Source: Pyrinomonadaceae bacterium (lineage in GTDB: Bacteria > Acidobacteriota > Blastocatellia > Pyrinomonadales > Pyrinomonadaceae). From it: 24,000 nucleotides of DNA. The first letter of the stretch is position 1. Each line of letters begins with the position of its first letter. Below the pieces are notes generated by a model. The model did not search any database and was not told where the DNA came from. It saw only the letters and a program-made list of their open reading frames with translations. Location: the NCBI GenBank assembly GCA_036802885.1, contig DAIRVI010000005.1, forward strand, positions 4,137-28,136, given 5' to 3'. Below are positions 21,082 to 24,000 of the stretch, piece by piece. Made by a program: the position numbers and the translations under genes.

Positions 21082-23610
21082 ATGAGATTTATCTTTAATT
21101 TAACCCGACGCGAGATCCGCTCTTCATGGCGGCGGCTGCTATTTTTCTTTTTATGTATCGCCCTAGGTGTAGGGTCGGTCGTTGCTTTGCGTTCGTTGAT
21201 TCAGAATCTGACAAAGGTCGTGGGCAATGACGCTCGTGCCCTGATGACCGCAGATGTCGAGGTATCATCGACGAACGATTTTTCGCCGACTGACGTCTCA
21301 AAGATCGAGGACGTCGTTGGGCGATCTTCGATTGTAGAGGCGAGAAACGAGACTATCTCGACCGCGTCAATGGCGCGCCCGGCCGACGTATCGAACGAGA
21401 CCCTCGAATTTGTCGAATTGCGCGGCATTGAGCCGCCCTTTCCGCTGGTCGGCACTTTCACACTTTCGTCGGGCGAGCCATTCGATTTCAAACTGCTTGA
21501 AAATAAAGGAGCGGTCGTCGCAAAGATCCTGCTTGAGGAGCTTAAGGTAAAGATTGGCGACAAACTCCGGATCGGCGAGAGTGAATTCGTGATACGCGCC
21601 GCATTTGACGAGGAACCTGGCGGGTCGAGCGGATTCCGTCTTGGTCCCCGGGTCTTTGTGGAAAAAAAGGCGTTTGATGATGCCGGCATTACACGAAATT
21701 CGAGCCGTGTTCGCCGAAGGATCCTTTATCGTACATCTGAAAATCCAACTGAACTGGTAAAGCAGCTTCGCGATGCTCTTAAGGGAACGACGGTTCAGGT
21801 CGGTTCGTATCGCGAGCAGCAGGAAAATCTGAGCGCGCAATTTGAGCGAACCGAGAACTACCTCTCTCTAACCGGTCTCTTAATACTAGTGCTTGGCGGC
21901 GTCGGCGTTTGGAATGTGGCTCGTGCCTTTGTCGAACAAAAGCGAAAAACCGTCGCGATCCTCAAATGCCTCGGTGCAAGCGGAACGCGGATAATAACGG
22001 TGTATCTGCTGCAGATCCTGACGCTCGGGCTGGTCGGCAGTCTTTTCGGGGTGTTCCTTGCACAATGCGGTTTGTGGCTGGCGCGCTGGCGATTTATTGA
22101 CGCTCTGCCCGCGAAAATGAGCTATGCCATTAATTTCCCGGCTGCGGCACAAGGAATTGTGTTGGGTGTTCTGATCTCGGTGCTTTTTTCAGCGCTGCCG
22201 CTATTGCAGATCCGTACAATAAAACCAAAGCTGTTGCTCCGCGACGAAAATAATGTAAATCTTTCAAAACTTGATCCAACTAAATGGATATTCGGCTTCG
22301 TCTGTCTCGCCGCGTTACTTGGCCTTGCGGTTTGGCAAGCCGGTTCGCTGAAAGTCGGGGTTTTTTTTCTGGGCGGGCTTGCGGCAACCGGATTGGTGCT
22401 ATATCTATCGGCCGCCGTTCTGACGTGGCTTTTGAAAAAGGTTAAAGGCGTGAGCTCGTTTTCCGTCCGACAGGCTGTCAATTCGCTTTACAGGCCGGGT
22501 AATCAAACGCGTATCATACTCCTCGCGGTCGGGCTCGGCGCCTTTGTCGTGATCACCGTTCAGATAATGCAGACCAATCTAGTGCGGGAGTTTGATTTTT
22601 CGCGCAATCGGCGGCTTCCAAGCCTTATTTTTGTTGATATTCAAAAGAGTCAGATCGGGGACGTTTCGAAGATGATCGAACAGCGGACAGGCGAAAAACC
22701 CGACGAGGTGCCGACCGTACGGGCACGGATAGCTTTTGTTAACGGCGAGCCGATCGATTATCAACAGCGTGAGGTCAAACAGCAGCAGGGACAGATCGGG
22801 CGCGAATTCGCCATCAGCTACCGCGACAAAACCGAAGAAAATGAAACCGTCGTTTCCGGCAGTTGGTGGGACGCTGCTCAATCGTCGGATACACCCGAGG
22901 TTTCGGTCGAAGAAACGATGGCAAAGACTCTCAACGTCTCACCCGGCGACTCGATGACATTCGACATATCGGGACGCAAGATCACAGCCCGCGTAGCTAA
23001 TATCAGAAAGATCGATGTACGTAATGCACGAACTGCGTTCGTTTTTGTATTCCGCCCCGGAACGCTCGAAAAAGCTCCGCAGAGTTTCGCGGTGACTATT
23101 TTGAACCATGTACCGGCGACCGACCGCCAGCGGCTTCAGCGTGAGGTTCTCGATAAATTCCCCAATGTGCAGATATTTGACGTGGCCGACATAATTGCCG
23201 CCGTCAACCGCCTCGTAAATAATTTCGTTATCGCCGTCTCTTTTGTCGGCAGCTTTGTGCTCCTGAGCGGCATTTTGATACTCATCGGTTCGGTCGCGCT
23301 CACCAAATCACAGCGAATCTACGAGAATGCGATCCTTAAGACGCTCGGCGCAAATCGACGAACGCTTGCGACAATACTTTTTGCGGAGTACGGCCTCCTT
23401 GGATTGCTGGCCGGAACAATAGCAACAGGATTTGCCGTCAGCCTATCGTATATTGTGACGAGATATCTGATGGATATCGATTGGGAATTCGATCCGATTT
23501 TGACCGCCGCAGGTGTGATCGTGACCGCATTGCTTGTCACGATTGTTGGCGCTGCGGCAAGTTTCGATGTCCTATTTCGTAAACCGCTGGCGACGCTGCG
23601 GTCGCAGTGA
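21082..23610 (+). CDS. ybbP: Duplicated FtsX-domain ABC permease, YbbP-like (842 aa)
   Basis: It has two FtsX-type TM bundles (around residues 255-380 and 720-840), each preceded by a large extracytoplasmic domain. It lies immediately downstream of the ATPase gene. Confidence 0.85.
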   Translation: MRFIFNLTRREIRSSWRRLLFFFLCIALGVGSVVALRSLIQNLTKVVGNDARALMTADVEVSSTNDFSPTDVSKIEDVVGRSSIVEARNETISTASMARPADVSNETLEFVELRGIEPPFPLVGTFTLSSGEPFDFKLLENKGAVVAKILLEELKVKIGDKLRIGESEFVIRAAFDEEPGGSSGFRLGPRVFVEKKAFDDAGITRNSSRVRRRILYRTSENPTELVKQLRDALKGTTVQVGSYREQQENLSAQFERTENYLSLTGLLILVLGGVGVWNVARAFVEQKRKTVAILKCLGASGTRIITVYLLQILTLGLVGSLFGVFLAQCGLWLARWRFIDALPAKMSYAINFPAAAQGIVLGVLISVLFSALPLLQIRTIKPKLLLRDENNVNLSKLDPTKWIFGFVCLAALLGLAVWQAGSLKVGVFFLGGLAATGLVLYLSAAVLTWLLKKVKGVSSFSVRQAVNSLYRPGNQTRIILLAVGLGAFVVITVQIMQTNLVREFDFSRNRRLPSLIFVDIQKSQIGDVSKMIEQRTGEKPDEVPTVRARIAFVNGEPIDYQQREVKQQQGQIGREFAISYRDKTEENETVVSGSWWDAAQSSDTPEVSVEETMAKTLNVSPGDSMTFDISGRKITARVANIRKIDVRNARTAFVFVFRPGTLEKAPQSFAVTILNHVPATDRQRLQREVLDKFPNVQIFDVADIIAAVNRLVNNFVIAVSFVGSFVLLSGILILIGSVALTKSQRIYENAILKTLGANRRTLATILFAEYGLLGLLAGTIATGFAVSLSYIVTRYLMDIDWEFDPILTAAGVIVTALLVTIVGAAASFDVLFRKPLATLRSQ

Positions 23611-23613
23611 AAA

Positions 23614-24000
23614 CTAATCCTTGGGATCAAATGGATCCAATTCCAGAACCGCTCTAAGTTTGACCTGACCGAACAAGGTCTCGAGATATGCCCCGAGGCG
23701 ATGCAGGATCGGAACGAGGTCCTTGTTTTGCTTAGTCACGAGGATTTCTTCGACAAAACGCTCTACAGTTTCCGTATCTTTGTAAAAAAGGTAATGGACG
23801 GTTCCCTTTAAGAACTCACGCAGCTTCTTTTGCATCGCGTCAATTTGTCGCTTTTCGGGATTCTTTTCTGCGGCCTGCACGATCTGGACGACTGCCCCAA
23901 GCTCATTCCGGAGAACAATTGTCTGCTCGAGTTTTTTGAGAAAATTCGGAAAGAGTCCAAAGACATCCGCCTTAGGATCGAGCATCCGAGCAAACCCAAC
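23614..24000 (-). CDS. Hypothetical protein, 3' part only (the ORF is open to the window edge)
   Basis: The reading frame continues upstream of the ATG at 23985 (VGFAR-M...) with no stop before nt 24000. The stop lies 3 nt from the convergent ybbP-like stop. I recognised no domain. Confidence 0.45.
   Translation of the reverse strand, partial: VGFARMLDPKADVFGLFPNFLKKLEQTIVLRNELGAVVQIVQAAEKNPEKRQIDAMQKKLREFLKGTVHYLFYKDTETVERFVEEILVTKQNKDLVPILHRLGAYLETLFGQVKLRAVLELDPFDPKD

Noticed and set aside
21201-22481. Minus-strand ORFs of 88-162 aa within the ybbP-like gene
   Set aside because: They are antisense shadow frames within a long, coherent membrane-protein ORF, with no independent signals.
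1-24000. Search for CRISPR arrays, tRNA/rRNA genes, transposases, integrases or known defence-system genes
   Set aside because: I found none by eye. The only regular repeats are the palindromic modules at 1064-1719, the 9-mer duplication at 41-58 and the heptamer arrays, none of which has repeat-spacer architecture.

Overview
This is a bacterial chromosomal window, mostly tightly packed protein-coding genes. Hand-counted 100-nt samples give about 55% GC in core genes and about 36-45% in suspected insertions. The gene content (Tes/GDGT-MAS-like radical SAM enzyme, orphan FtsX permease, GxxExxY gene with palindromic repeats) hints at an Acidobacteriota-like origin, with low confidence.

- **1-1728, decayed mosaic:** it holds two N-terminal amidohydrolase (dihydropyrimidinase-like) gene stubs. 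One stub is fused to a second copy of the 3' end of the neighbouring aminotransferase. The region also carries a DUF433/PIN-like toxin-antitoxin pair and a frameshifted GxxExxY nuclease-like gene sitting between two copies of a ~135-bp palindromic repeat.
- **1729-4860, housekeeping:** a class-III aminotransferase and pgi.
- **4984-16850, envelope/lipid-flavoured genes:**
  - a UPF0104 flippase-like membrane protein;
  - an alkaline-phosphatase/NPP-fold enzyme with a very large insertion, in an apparent operon with a 689-aa secreted protein of unknown function;
  - a tiny lmo0937-like membrane protein;
  - a GT-C/GT39-like glycosyltransferase;
  - a three-gene minus-strand operon, the most interesting locus. 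It encodes a ~658-aa Tes/GDGT-MAS-like (class D) radical SAM enzyme, translationally coupled (TAATG) to a 303-aa radical SAM protein with a C-terminal Cys cluster, followed by an FtsX permease with no ATPase partner. This is a candidate bacterial membrane-spanning-lipid system.
- **16954-18409, AT-richer islet:** a secreted hypothetical protein plus a second DUF433/DUF5615 pair.
- **18456-23610:** thrC carrying an in-frame heptanucleotide tandem repeat, then a lipoprotein TesA-like SGNH hydrolase divergent from ybbA/ybbP-like ABC genes.

I saw no rRNA, tRNA, CRISPR array, transposase or integrase.
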